DNA of 64,000 bases from Piromyces finnis finn (GCA_002104945.1 MCFH01000036.1:372001-436000); one strand, 5' to 3'; positions 39,167-55,321 are shown, numbered from the stretch's first letter. Numbers and translations are program-made. Notes: generated by a model not told the origin, from the sequence alone.

Positions 39167-42100
39167 ATCGTTTATAAATTTCCATTTTTTATTATTTTTT
39201 TAAAACATACATTAAAAAAGTAAATAATATCTTTTTTTTCTTTCTTAATTTTAACTTTTATTCTTTATATTTATTTATTAAAACAATAGGTCTATATTAA
39301 GACTACTCTTTCAATCATATACATAAATATCTTTAAAATACTTTTAAAAAAACATCATAATGTATTAGCCAAAATATTATCGTTTCTTTTTTTTAGTATT
39401 ATTATTATTATTTAAATTAAAAGTATCTTATATCTTATTATTATATTTATTATATTACCATTAATTTATTATATTACCATTAATATAAACTAAACACAAA
39501 CAATCTTTTTAAATTAATTTGCATTTGCGTACACTTCAATCGAAACTTGTAAAGAAAAAAAGATATATAAAAATCTTAATAATTTAAGTATATATTAACA
39601 ATCAAACTGTTTTATACAATTTAATAATGATAACAACAATAATAATAACTATAACTAAATAAATAAAAATATAAATAAATACAATAAATGATTGATTAGT
39701 CGAATTATATCACCAAATTGTATTGGTTTAATTTTTTATTTTAGTATTCATTCATTACCTGAAGTTAATTGAATAGTAAATTTTTTCTCTTAGTAGTAAT
39801 AAAATTCTCTTCTACATTAGAATATTTTCTTAAACATAATATCCTCTCATGTTCTCAGTATTGTTCTTAATTATATATCATTTTTAGGTTCGAATAAATT
39901 TTACAGTTTACATTTTAATTTTTCTAAAACGGAATAACTAAATATGAACTTAAAATTAATTTGTTTAACTTATTACCAATATGCCAATATTGTAGTGATA
40001 TCAACAGTATCTAAATTTAAATTTACTCATTTGGTCTTAATATATTCATATCTAATATATTTATAATAGTTTAATTCTTTTGAAAATGTTTTTTTTTTTT
40101 TTTTAATATTTTCATTTTTTCATTTGAAGTCGTTAAACATTCCAGATGGCCCAAAAATATTATTTCGAAAACCATCTCAACTTTTACTTATTTTGTATCT
40201 TCTAAGCGGAAAAAATATTAAATATTAAATTTTAAAAAATCTTAATTTTTTTTACTTATATTTTTATCATTTTTTAACTTTTTTTATATACATGTATATT
40301 ATTTAGTTATTTGCTTTAATTGTATCAATTAAACTTTAAAAATAATTTTCCTTAGTTTTGATTATTTCTACATCTTTATTAGTATATTTATATTTACTAT
40401 TAATTTAGCATATTGCTGTTATTATTAAAGTTTAAGAATAATTATTAATGTAATATATATATTTTTTTACTCTTTTTATAAGAATATAATTATTGAATAT
40501 ATTTCAATAATCATTTCATTTTATATCAAAATTAATAATTGACATTTCTTAAGAAATTAAGAAACTATTTTTGATTAATAATACTGTATTAATTTATAAT
40601 ATTTTTTTATCCTTTTTATCATAACTTTATCATAAAATATATGTGCATATATAAAGTATAAAAAATGAAATTAAAGGTTATTTTCTTTTTTTAAAATAGA
40701 TTATTCTTGGATTTTTAGAAAATATATATATTTAGGTTTGTTATTAAAAAAAAAATTACTTGGATGAAACAAATCTATTAAATTATTTTTAATTTGTAAA
40801 TAGAAAATATATACATAATATACAAATATAATAATAGAATAACAAATTAGTGTGGAAAAATTATTTTTTATCTAAAAGAGTTATTTTTTCTTTTATGTCT
40901 TTACTTAAAACATTTTAATTTTATTGCATCATCAGCATCGTTACCTTTCTATTATTATTGCATAAATGAATACAAATACATTAACAGAATACTTAAAATG
41001 TAACTTTAAATTACAATTTTAGTTTACCTGATTTTTAAAACTTGCATTTACATAAATTGTTTATTTAATAATGTATCACATCTTTAATAAAATGATAAAT
41101 TCAAGATAAAAATATTAACTTTATTATTTATAATATAAAAAATTTTAGTAGTTTATACTTTTTGCGAATATTAAAACTAAAATAATTAATGTGTATTATT
41201 ATATTATATTAAAATAATAATACATATTATATAGACAAATTTTTTAATCAATAAAACACTTCGATTTACTAATAAAAAAATGGAATTGTAAAATTTCAAA
41301 TAAAGAAATAAACAAGATATTTTAATTTATACAAAAATTAGATATGACGTGTTAAACCTTAATAGTAAAAATGGGATTATATTATTAATACTAAATAATA
41401 ATAGTTTTTTCAACATTGATAATTTAAAAAAATATATTATAATTAAATTTAATATTAAAAAGTTGACATTATTAAAATTAAAAATTATATTTTTTTTAAA
41501 AAAAAAAAAAAGTTTCTTGATGATATATTCAAATACTTTAATAAAAAAAAAAAAAAAGAAAAATATTATATATTTTAAACTTTGAGTTATTTAATATAGA
41601 TGACATATTTTTTAAATATTTAAAAATAATTTAATTGATTTTGGTTTGATAAAAATTATTATTTTAAAAAAAAATAAAAAAAACAAAATTTATTATTGTA
41701 CTTTTCAGATCAACTAAATATTAAATATATATTATTTTTCCATAATATTTTTATACAAAAAAATATTAGAAAAGAAAAATATTGAATAATATATATATAT
41801 TTATATAACCTAAAAAAATAATAATTATCACTAACTATTATAATAATTTTATTTTTAAATCAAGGTTAATTACTAATAATAATAATTAAATATTTTAATT
41901 TTTTTTTTTTTTTTTGTTATTAAATAAGTCCTTATAACAAATGAAATAAAATATAAATAAAAAATTATTAATTTAAAAAAAAAAAAAAATTAACTACAAT
42001 TATAAACTCAAATAATTATGCATTGTTTTATTCTTTTTAATTTCATGCAGAATAATTAATCTTTTTTTTTTACCTTTTTATATATGAAGTCTTCCAATAA

Positions 42101-42527
42101 AAACTTTAATGCTTTAAAGTATAAATACATTTATAATTTCAATTTTGTACTTACTTTTTTTTAATTATTCAAAGAAAAAAAAAAAGTAACTGTATAAAAT
42201 TCATTAAAATAATATTAAGAAAAAATATATATTTATATTGGGATTGATTATTTTCAAACTTCAAAAGAAAATTAATTGTATATAATTATATACCCATATT
42301 TAATATAATAATTCAATTCCAGCTACTTTCAATATTTTCTATATATTTATTTCTGGAAAATCTTTTTCATATTTAATATACAATAAAATACATTTGATAC
42401 ATAATTAAAAAGATACATTAAAAAAAATATTAGTTTTAAATTAAATATTTTTTCTTTAACAATTCAAAAAATACAATAGACTTATATTTATTGTACAGAT
42501 AAATATAATATATAAATTAATACTTTA

Positions 42528-45500
42528 ATGGATTTCCTTATAGATCAGAATAATATTTTACAGACAAAAGACAATGTTTCACCTGCATCTAATAAAACAA
42601 TAGATTATTCAGATGATTATGAAGTTGATAAAAGAATTCATATAATAATCATCATAAGTTCGGTGATTACTGGTGTAATATTAATGTCTACTTTTTGGGC
42701 AAATCGTAATTACTACTTAATTCGATACCGTGGTTTTAGAACAGCTTTTGCTATTGGTTGTGGGAGTTTTATAAATATGGCCATTACACCAGTATGCAAT
42801 TAATACATACCAATAATAGCATATATATTATATTAAAAAAAAAAAAAAAAGATATTGACTTAGAACTAAAAATTTAAAAAATATATTCTATATATGTTTA
42901 CTTTTATATATTCTAAATATTTTATGATTGCTTTCAAACTATTCTTCTTTATTTCAATACACAATTTTATATTATCTTATAATTCTCAAACATTAATTAT
43001 GATTTATGTATAATTTATATAGTTTATATTTTATTTTGAACTACCATGTTACAGTATATATAAATTATATTTATTTATTTATTTTACTTTTCAAATAAAA
43101 AAAACATTAATTATATTTCTATTTACTTCAACTCTAATAGTTAATTTCATTGTTAACTCAATATTCTCATCTCTTGCCATGATTCTGTAATTATATATTT
43201 ATAATATTTACAATATTCATATATATACATAAATATAATTTTGAATTTTATTTCTCACTTATATATACATAAATTCATTATAAAAATGTAAAAATATATT
43301 AATGGATAATAACACTTGCTAATAAATAATGAAAATTAATTATTAAATTATCAGTATGACCTCAAGATATATGAAGATTATTATTTTAAATAAGCAAAAT
43401 TTAATAAAATCAAATTTTTTAGATATCAACATGAAAGAAAGTAAAAGAAAACTAAGTGAACCACAATACAATGAAAATGAAAGTAATAAACAAGTATATT
43501 TTATTATTGAACCTAATGAGTTTATTAAACATTATGATGACCTAATTACTATGGTATCTATTTCCTTATTTATTTTTCGGTTTTATTTTTATAAAAAAAT
43601 ATAATAAAAAATAATTTGCTATGTTAATTCATATATTTCATTAAATAAAATAAAATTACATTTTTCTATACATTTTTATAATTAACTAATTCTAAATTTA
43701 TATTTCCATAGAAAGTAACAAATATTATATCGGCATCAGTTTTTTCAATTATTTTTGTATTAATTATTGTTGTTTTTTTCATTGCATGGGATGATTTATG
43801 GGGCAAATGCACTTCAAAATCATGGATTATATTTTTACCAGTAATGATAGCTACCTTTTTCTCACTTTTATTTAACATATACACCCTTCTTTATTCATTA
43901 AAAAATCTTTCGTTTGAAAAAATTTTAGATATTTCTCTTTGTAATTTTGGTACTTTTCTCGGTAATAAATTATTTTAATTGAATTTAAAGATTTTTTAAA
44001 TATAAATAATATATATACTTATACACTCTCATTATTCGCAATTAAATATATAATAATTATAATCAAATGTTTTCAACTATAAATTGTAAAATAATATGAC
44101 TATAGGAATCATATTATATATTTTATCTAAAATAAAAATTATTAAATTCAGTAGTGCTTCATATTTCTTTTATTCACCTTTTATCTTCTGTATTATCAGT
44201 TGTAATATAATACCACTTGTGGAATTGTTTTGGAGCAAATATATTACCAAAAAGAAGGTGTGACTTTTTTTTCATATATTATTATTACATATTTTTAAAA
44301 AATATATATTGAATGAACTTCCTTTTAGTTTTTCATGATAATAATAATAATAATAATACTAAATTCCAAATTCTATTACTTTAATATAAATATGATTTTA
44401 TAAAATATTTTAATAATAATAATAATGTAGAAAGTTTCTAAAACTGAATTTATTAAGTTATTAACTAGTAAAAAATATATTGAAATAATGAAGGTATAAT
44501 ACTTTGCAAAATATTATTTACTTTTTTAAATTAATAATATCATTAGTAATATTTCTAATAATTAATTTATACATAAAATAAAGGTATATTCAATTAAATA
44601 TCTTTGTGTTGAAAATATTTTGTTCTGGGAATTAAATATGAAATTGTTGAAAAAAGTATGTTCAGATTATTACGACGAAATTAAACAAATAAGAAAAGTA
44701 GAAAGCTTTAGTCGTAAATTTAGCAGTTGTAGTAGCAATAATAATAAACTTGCCACTCTAAATGAATTAGATTGTACTAATACAAGTATTATTAGAACAG
44801 CAGAATGTGACGAATCGTACACAGAACAATCTTCTATAAGAAGAAATAGTGCAGCAACAGAAGACTATAATTATAATAATGGAGAATTCAATAAAAAAAA
44901 AAGTATTGTTCAATCATCTAAAGAAGATAATCAAGCATTCCCATCTATTTCATATGATACTTTTAATCGTAACGATGACAATTATACTGATGTTAAACCC
45001 AATAATTATTTTGACACTTTAATAATGGAAAATTCATGTAATGTAAATATCTTTAGTAATGCAAGTAATTCTAGTAATGTCTACGAAAGCGAAAGTTCAG
45101 ATCTTTCATCAAAAAAAAGTCAATCCTTTGAAGTTAAATTGAATATTGAATCATCAGATATAAAAAAAATAGTATTTGATCAAATTTTTAAGGAATTAGT
45201 AATTCCAGAAGTGTTTTGGACCACTATCTTTAAGAAAATGATTTCAATCGATGAAAAGTATATAGAATATTATAATAAAATTTATGATATTTATATAAAT
45301 CCACAAGGTGTAGTTCCTCTTAAAATATCATTAAATAATGTAAAAGTTATTGGATCAAAAATAAATCGATCTGAATATTCCCATGATATGTTCTTCCCTG
45401 TAGGCATATATATTTTTTTTATTTTTAAGAAATAAAATATTGTTATATAATAGTAAACTTATTTAATCTTCTAACATCTTAATTTTATAAATATACCAGA

Positions 45501-45559
45501 TACTAAATGAAGTAGCTTCTTTAATTTATGAACATGTTTATCTCAATCTTGATATCTAA
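42528..45559 (+). CDS. 7TM-RGS protein (seven-transmembrane domain fused to a C-terminal RGS domain), multi-exon
   Basis: About seven hydrophobic segments in exons at ~42528-42791, ~43140, ~43710-43961 and ~44150-44258. RGS-like motifs FIKLL, YLCVENILFWE, KIYDIYINPQGVVPLKIS, MFFP|ILNEVASLIYEHVY. Some internal exon borders are uncertain. Confidence 0.75.
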
Positions 45560-46106
45560 TAGAATTTTTGATTATAAACTAGCTTTTTTTTATAATTTTT
45601 GATATCATTACAGCATATTAATTACTATATTATTTTATTATACAAGATTAATCATTACTACATCTATTTTTTTTTGCTTGACTATGTTATTTTAACTGAA
45701 AATAAAATAATCTCAACAAATTGTTTTAAATTAAGTATTTCATCAATTTATAAAAAAAACTACTACTCACATTATTAATAAAAACATTATTTTGAGTATA
45801 TTTTAAAAGCATTGTTAATATGTATTGTTATATCTTATGATAAATTGCATTTATTATTATAATTTTAATATATTTATCAAATATTCAAAATAATAAAAAA
45901 AAAGTTATATTTATTTTCATTATATTAATATAATGAATATAAAATTTTATATTACATATATATAAATATAATTATCAAAATTAGAATGAAAATTTGTTAA
46001 AGGAAAATTTTTTCCTAAAAAAAAATGGTCTTTTGAAAAAATATTTATTTTTTTATTTTTATTCTTTATTATATTTTAATAATAAAAAAATTTTAAATTT
46101 ATAAAC

Positions 46107-46786
46107 TTAATTACTAAATTTTGATAACCATCGGTTTATTAGTAAATGTTCGATTTTTCCTCGTGGGCAATAATTCCTTAATGAACAATATTCTGTAGAG
46201 TTTTCGGAATTAGGTAGTTTACTGTTCAAAATAATGTTACAAATTTTTTGAGAATTCTGTTGAAGTTGATTAGCTAATGCTTGATTCTGACTTTGATAAG
46301 TATTAAAATAAGATTTTCTATTGAAATATAATAAGAAAACATGAAAAATGAATTTAATCATTCAAAATTTCAATAATTCCAAAGTTATTTTCATTTTATA
46401 TTGTTTATACCTATTGTGAGCATTATTATAATCTTCCAAAATTTGATTAATTAGATTGCAATTAACAATTTTTAATTCTTCAAGACCATTAATAATATTT
46501 GATAATATATATAGTTCTTGTTGTTTTGAATTATCATTGTTATTAGTATTTTTGATATTATTTATTAATGTTTCATTTTCTTGATACTTTTATATATATG
46601 AAATCATAATTTTTTTTCGAAAATATAATAAGACATTAATTCTTTGTATTTGTACTTATGATAAATAACAAACTACTATATTAAATTATATAATATTATA
46701 TTATTATATAATTACCTTTTTTAAATAATTAATTAATAAGCCAATATCATAATCATTCTTTACGGAATCATTCATATTATTATTAC

Positions 46787-46817
<31 letters not shown>

Positions 46818-49800
46818 ATTATTGTTATTGTTATTGTTATTGTTATTGTTATTGTTATTGTTATTGTTATTGTTGCTGCTGTTAGTATTATTATTATTAT
46901 TGTTGATGGTGGTGTTTATATTACTGATATTATTTTTATTGTTATTATTAATAAGAGTAGTATTTGTTATTGTATTTATAATAGAATTGACGCTATTATT
47001 TGTATTTGTTGAATTATTTAGTATAGTATTATTATTTGACATGTTATTCATATATAAGTTTGATTGTTGTTGTTGTTGTTGTTGGCCAAATGTATTAATA
47101 TTATTTTCAATATTATTCAAATTTTGAATTGAAAGATAATTAGGATTCACTGAATTTTGTTTTATTTTCTCGATATCACAAGTATCTAATGCTCGTTTTT
47201 CTATATATAGGCTATTAGAACTTCTATTGTTATTAGTAATAATATCATTAACACTATATTTATTCAATTCATTAGAAAGTTCATCCATATTTTGTGGGGT
47301 ATGTGTTATTAACTGACGTTTTGTTTTTTTAGATTGATCTTTACTTTTGGAATTGTTACTACTATTATTGGTGTTATTTGTGTTAGCATTATTTTCAATA
47401 ACAATAGAACTATTATTATAGCTATTACTACTACTTGTTGTACCACTAGTATTACTATTTATTGTATTACCAAAATTAGCATTAATCATTCTAGTGATGC
47501 TACTTGTTTTACTACTACTCTTTATAGTATTATTATTTATATCGTCATGATTAAACTTTGATGTACCAATATCACTTTGGTCTATAATATTATCAGAATT
47601 ATTAATACCATAATTTTGATATAATGGGGTTCTATTAGTAAAGTCACGTCTAGATAAGCGTGAATTGGATTGATGAGATAATTGCTTATCTCCTTGAATA
47701 CTATTAGACACCTGACGTGGGGTCATTTCCATATAATTTCTTCCACTACTAACATAATTAACGCTTTGTTGTTGTATTTTTATTTCATTTCAAAAAATGT
47801 ATATAATATAAATTGAAAATAAATGTTTTTTTAATTATATTTTTTAAATAAATAATAAAAGATATACACGCATTCAAGTAATTTATATAAATCATATATT
47901 ATATACCTTATATTTTTTCCATTTGTCATATCAAAAAATGATGATTCTGATGAAGAATGACCATATACAGAAACTGAGTTTTTCCTTGACTTGTTAAATA
48001 AAATTTAAAAAAGATTATATATATTAATATACTAATAGCTTTTAAATTATAGGTAAATGATGTGAATTAAATAAAATAGAAACATTTAATTTATATATAT
48101 GTAAAATCACTTTTATATACTTTTATTGTTGATATAGTATCAAAATCCCATTGGATACTTCTATTTATAATATTTATAATAAAATAATCAATGATTAAAA
48201 AAATTGAATATATGACATATTTTAATCCTTAATAATAATATATTATAGAGAAGAAAATTGTTAAATAAATAATATAGATTTCGAATGAAATCATTCAAAG
48301 AATAAAATAAAATAATTTATTTTACTTTCTATCATCTTCATTATTATCAATATAGTCATTATCATCTTCAGGTGTTAAATCCGTTATATTTCCTTTAAGT
48401 TTATTCAATAATTGTTTCTTTTTTGTTTTCTTATTTATATCAGAATTATCTTTTTGCCAATTTTTATATCTTTTTACTAAATCTGTTAATGCGGTATTGG
48501 GTTTATTGTCTTTATTTTTTGTTATAAATGAATGATTTAATAATTCTTTCGCCGACGGGCGCTATTCATATAAAAAAATATATTTAAATTTAGATTTATA
48601 TGATAATATATATATTAGATTATTTTATAAAATATTTTTTTTTCTTTTAATTCATTTCGTTCGGTTAGAATTTAAAATATATATATAAATACCTCTATTT
48701 GAGATTTTGTTAAACATAAAGATACAAAATGTTGAAATTCAGAAGAAAAACCTTCATCTTCTCCCAATTTTGCGGATGGGCTTTTTGGTATCATAGTCAA
48801 GGCTTTAATAGGACTCTGATTAGCGTAAGGGGGAAGACCTCTATGTTTATATAAGTAATTATATATTAATTTTTTAAATTTAAATTAAATATATATATAT
48901 TGGTATGTACTTTGCTAATTCAATAGCTGTAATTCCTAGAGACCAAATATCTGCCTATTATATTGCATTTCAATATATATATTATTTGTTGTTATTAAAA
49001 ATTTTCCAGGTTGATTTTAGAAAAAAAAAAATTAATTATATAATAAATTTATTTTTCTTTTTTAGCACTGATATATGTACTTTTGAATCATAGCCTGCTT
49101 GTAGAATAACTTCTGGTGCCATCCAAAATCTTTTTGACATAAATAACATTATTACATTAGCATTTATGTTGATATTGTTTTTTATTATTTTTTAATGAGA
49201 AATAATATATTATATAAAATAAAAAAAAAATTCAACAATATATCAAAATGAGAATAATAATATATATAAATTAATAATTAATATAAATAATGAACAATAT
49301 TCAAATAAATAATATGACGAATAATAAAATGTATATGATAAATTACGGCGTTCCAACAAACGTATTTCTCTTATTTTTATTTCCTAATTGACCAGCAACT
49401 CCAAAATCAGCTAACTTTACATTACCTTCATTAGATACCAAAACATTGGCAGCTACAAATTATATTATCAATAGATAAAAAGAAATTAGGTAAAATTTAC
49501 TATAATTAAATAGTTTTTTCAATTATTTATCTTACATTTATAATTTTTTATTTTTTTTTCTTAAATAATAATAAAATCACCTTTTATATCACGATGAATT
49601 TTTCCAGAACTATGAAGATAAACAAGACCTTTTAACATCTCTCTAATAATAATTGATACATAATATTCATTTATAGGTCCAGGTCTTATCTTTATTTATT
49701 ATTATTTTTGATTCGAGTAATATAATAAAATTATATAAATACATTGTCATTTTTTGATAATTTAAAAATAAAAAAGTTATTAACTACATAATTTAATTTA

Positions 49801-50768
49801 AACATCATATTGAATAAACTATTTTTTATTTTAATTTTTTATCTTATATACCAAATCCCAGCATGAACCACCAGACATATATTCCATTACTAGAATTTTA
49901 TATTAAAATAAAAAAAAAAGAAATCATCATTAATATTAATATTCATTCTTTCAGTAGTACTATTTTTTTCTTTCTTTTAATTATATCACAATTTTATTTT
50001 TGTGACTTTGAACAATTGAAAGAACAGTAATAAATCATTTTATAGAAAAATAAAGAGCATTTATATATTGGCATCAAATTCAAATACCTATCCAAAGTTT
50101 AGTATCAACTATATATGAAGCATAATATTTTGTAATATAAGGGGTATCACATTGTGATAATACAGTAATTTCTTTTTGAATATCAGATATATCTTCATCA
50201 ATATCTAAATTGAAAGATATAACATGCATGGATAATAATATTTAATAAAATTATTAATAAAAGTTATTGATTCCAAATTCAATAATAATGGCTTATCAAT
50301 AGATAATAAAATAAAATTAAATAAGAATAAAACCTTCTAAATCTAGCTCTTTGATTGCAACTATTTCATATGTTTCATTATCTCTTGCTTTCCAAACTTC
50401 ACCAAAAGAACCTTTACCAATTTTTTCTATAAAAGTAAATTTTTGGTTAAGTTGCCGTGAATTGTTATTATTTGGTGTACTACCATTATTAATATTATAA
50501 CCATTATTGTTGATGGTGTTGATGGTATTGGTGGCGGTGTTGTTATTGCTAATAATGATATTTTTCTATGATATAATATAAATATAAATATAAATATGTT
50601 TTTAAAATGTTGTATATAAAAAATAGAGGAATAGAAAAGAGGAAGAATAAGATTCCATATTATTAAAATAAAATTTATTAACAATTTATATAAACGAAAA
50701 AAAATAAAATATATAAATATTAACTAATACATATATTTTATTATTGAAAATATTTTTACCATTTTCAT
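46107..50768 (-). CDS. STE20-family (GCK-III/MST3/Sid1-like) Ser/Thr kinase with a long N/Q-rich C-terminal tail, multi-exon
   Basis: Exonic motifs [56 protein letters not shown]|[24 protein letters not shown]|[19 protein letters not shown]|[13 protein letters not shown]. The start (9-nt exon 50768-50760) is tentative. Confidence 0.9.
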
Positions 50769-50913
50769 GTTATTTTATTCTTTTTTTAAAAAAAAAAAAT
50801 ATAAAATTATATGTATTTTGACATATAGTTTAAATATTTCTTAGGAGAAAAATAAAAAAATTAAATCAATTAACATTCAATTTAACCAATATAAATCAAG
50901 TATAATTAAAATG

Positions 50914-50956
<43 letters not shown>

Positions 50957-51655
50957 AATAAAAACTTTTTTTTGCCTAATAAATAATTTGAGTTTTATTT
51001 CAAAATCTTGTTATTATTTTTAAGATTTAAATTATTTAATTTTATATTTAATAGAGTTAATATTTTATTTTATATAAATGACATTACCATGACTACTATT
51101 ACCATAATTATTATGACAACTATGGTTATAATATATATTTTAATGACGTTGATGATGACAATGCTTATGTATTATAATCATTGTCTTTAGTATTATATTA
51201 TTGTTGGTACTACAATAACTAGTATCAATTGTTTAATCCTTAGTAAGCTTCCTTTATTTTAAGTTAAAATTTTTATACTTTATTTTTTTTATTATTATTA
51301 TTATTATTTTTGACATTATTAAAAAATATATATGAAAGCGCCATTATGAAAATACAATAGTACATTACATATTTATGCAGATATTATTTCCTTACCATAG
51401 ATTTATCAAACCCTAATAAGAATAGTATATACTTATCAAAACACTAATTAAAAAATAAAATAAAATAATAATAATAATAACTTAATAAAAATTATCCACC
51501 ATACAAACTTTGATTATAGTAATTTTAAATAATTTTAACTTTTCAAGTTGGATAAAAAAAAAACTCTAATTAAGTAAAAAAAAACATTTGATTTTTAAAT
51601 TTCCATTATAGAATTTGATATCTGAAAAATAAAAAAAAGTTTTTAATCTAATTAG

Positions 51656-51870
<215 letters not shown>

Positions 51871-52277
51871 ATAATTATTATTTATATAAAGTAAAAATAT
51901 CAATATTTCCTAAAAAATTAAGTTCATGTTTATAATAAAAATTCATAAAGTTTTTACAGAAAATCATAAAATTTACTCAAAAAAATAAAAAAAAAAGGGA
52001 AAAAAAAAGAAACTATATGAAAAAAGTTTTGAGGATTAGTAATAATTAGTTTTTATTTTTCTTTTCGTTTTAATTATAACGATATTTAAAATAATAATAA
52101 TAATAATAATAATAAATACGATAATTAATTAATAACAATGAATAAAAGTTAAAATATTAAAATAACTTGGAAAAATATATATATATATTTAAATTATATA
52201 ATAGAAAAGAAAAATATATAAAAAAAAAGGTGCAATAATATTTAACATATTTTTAAATAAACTTATATTCTATTTTT

Positions 52278-54414
52278 TTATTCTAATGAAACATGACTTA
52301 GTGCTTTTTCTAATGGTTTTATAGTAACATTATCAGTTTTATTATTAGTCTTATCTAAATAAGTTTGTTTATTGGAAAAAGATTCTTCATTTATCTTTAT
52401 TGGATTTTCATTGATATTATTTCTTGAATGACTACCTTCTTTCTGATAATATTTAAATTCAGGTCTTATTTTCATAATTTTATTATAATATTTATGCCTG
52501 CTTTGACTATTTAACAACCCTTCTATTTCTTTTACCATATTTTTTGTGTTGTTCTTTTTTAAAGGGATATTTTCTTTCTCGCTAAAAAAAATTAATTCAT
52601 CCGCTGATTTTTTGTTTTTTTCTATGGTATTATTTAATGTTGGGAATGATGATTTATCATCATTTATTTCTATCTCTTTATTAATATTGTCAATATTATT
52701 AGTTGATGAAATGGTGGTGGTAGAGTTGACAGATGGTAAGCCTATATTGGTAGTATGATTCTCAATATCATTAATATTTGTGTCAGTATTAGCTATATCT
52801 TTAGTTTTACTTTCTTCAATCGCGATATTTGAGTCATTTGTTGAATCTGGAAATTCTTTCTGACGACTTATTTGCTTTTCCTTAGGCGATATAGAATGAA
52901 TAATATTATCATCCATATTCATTACATCTTGTTTACCCTTCTTTATATCTATATCATTATTGTTATTGTTGCAATCTTTATCATTATTATTATTACTATT
53001 GTTGTTGTTATCATTATCATTATCCTTATTCTTGTTGCTGTTGTTGTTATTATTATTGTTGTTGTCACCATTATTATTATTATTATTTTTAATTATTTCA
53101 AGGTTTAAATTTTTATTTTTTTCTTTTATTTGAGACTCTTTTTGACAAGAAATGCATTCCCAATAACTATGTTGACCATCTTCCATAATAATTCTTATAA
53201 AATTATTTTTCTTTTGACAGTAATTACAATAAATTCTATGACATTTATGACATGATGCACCTTCTTTTTCAGTACATAAATTACATAAACGTACATGGCA
53301 TGAAGGATTAGAACACTCGTTAAAAAGAAAATCATTACTTATATAGGTATATTTTGGTGGTACTTCATTAGTGTCATTATTATACAAGTAATTTTGGTAT
53401 TGTTTAACTGCTTCTTGACAAGTATTACATAATAAAATCATCCTATTCTTTTTATTACTATTGTTATTACTGCAAATTGTACAAATAGTATGACTTTCGT
53501 TTTGACATAATCGTTTAAAACACTTTTCACATCTTTTTGATAATAATAAAGGAATACAATCTTTACAACATATTACTGAATGGTCAACTTGGGTATCATG
53601 AGTATTATTCATAAAAGTTAACTTTTTATTGTTTTCATTTTTATCTAAAAATGTTTTAAAATATTAATTAAAAAATATTAGTATTATATAAAAATTATTG
53701 TTAACAATTAAATTTGGCATTTATTTATTTATTTTTATTTAAATAACACTATTAATTAAATATTTTATTTGATTTAAATAATATCATTATACTTATAAAC
53801 TAGTAAAAAAAAAAATAAATAAATAAAATAAAATAAAAAAAAACTAAATTCATATCAAAAATTCATAATATAAAATAAAAGTAATTTAAATGATTTTTTA
53901 TATTACCTATATCCATATGTAAATGTGATTTCTCTATTGTATTAAAATGGCAACAACCCCAGGATATAGGATTTTCTTGACAATTATTACATACAGGTAT
54001 TTGACAACCTATGCATATTTGATATGAAGAAACAACTTGGTTATAACACTTTTTACAAACTGTCTTATCCTCAAGTTGATTCTTATATTTTTTGTGAAGG
54101 TCTTCAATATTTTTTTCATATTCTTGATCAAAATTTTTCCTTTTAATAAGTTCAGTACTTTGAAATTCTTTTAAACGTTTTTGATTTTGTAAAAGTCTTC
54201 TTCTGAATGTTTCATGAATTTGAGCTTCCTCTTTTTTAATATCTTCCAATTCTTGTTCTAAATTATCTATATTTTGATGATATTGTTGGGTAACAGATAG
54301 TAAAGCTACAACAGATTCAGGTAAAACTTTTGAATCTGGCTGTTTTCTCTTTCTTTCAAAAGAATTGAAATTAAAATTTACATGTTCTTGTTCCTGTATT
54401 TTATTATTAATCAT
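52278..54414 (-). CDS. Coiled-coil plus multiple CxxC zinc-finger-like repeats protein; exons ~54414-53906 and 53644-52278
   Basis: Two ORFs join in frame through a GT-AG intron; about 12 CxxC-type pairs; the N-terminus may have further upstream exons. Confidence 0.7.
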
Positions 54415-55321
54415 TTTTACTATATCATTCTATAATAATATTTTTTTTCTGCTCGCTTATCTATTTTTTTACTTTCTATTATATTGATTATTAATCGATT
54501 ATAAAAAGAAGAAATAATGTATAAACCTCTATCATTCAATAAATATCTATTTCTTATGAGATATATAGATATAATAAATTAAATGCTTTTAATACTGAAA
54601 GCAATTAAAAAATAATAAATAAAAAATTGTTTAAATAATTTATTAATATGTACTTTTGAATATTATATATATATATATATATGTACTTTTAATTGAACTT
54701 ATTGAGATTTAAAATAACTATAAAAATAATAAAATCAACTTTTTTATATTTTTAACATTCATCCATTTCAATTTAATTTTCAATACTATATAATATTATA
54801 TCTTTTTTAAAAAAAAAAAAAAAAATTATCCAATAAATAGAATAACTGAATTGGCCCTACATGATCTTAATTATATTAAAAATTCATAATTAAATCAAAA
54901 ACTTTAAATATATTAAAAATTATTAACCATTTTTTATAATTTCCTTGTATAAATAATATTATATTTCAAGACAGTAACAGTTAAAAAATGACTATACAAA
55001 AAAGGTATATTTTTACAATACTAGATACATATTAAATAGAAATTGAATACTTATATATATGAAATGTATAAAATTAAAGCAATGATAACAATGGTTTATC
55101 AATTTTTTAATAGTTTTATTATATTAATTATAGGCTCATAAATATAAAAAATAAAAAGTTTTGTAGATTCCACTAATTTGTTTTTTACATAAATAATTAT
55201 AAAATTAAATAATATTTATAACGGTTTAATGTTGTTAGATTATATTCATTTTACTTTTACTGTGTGAAGTTTAATAATTATATTGAATAATAATAAAGAT
55301 TTTTTTAGGTATAAAATGCAA

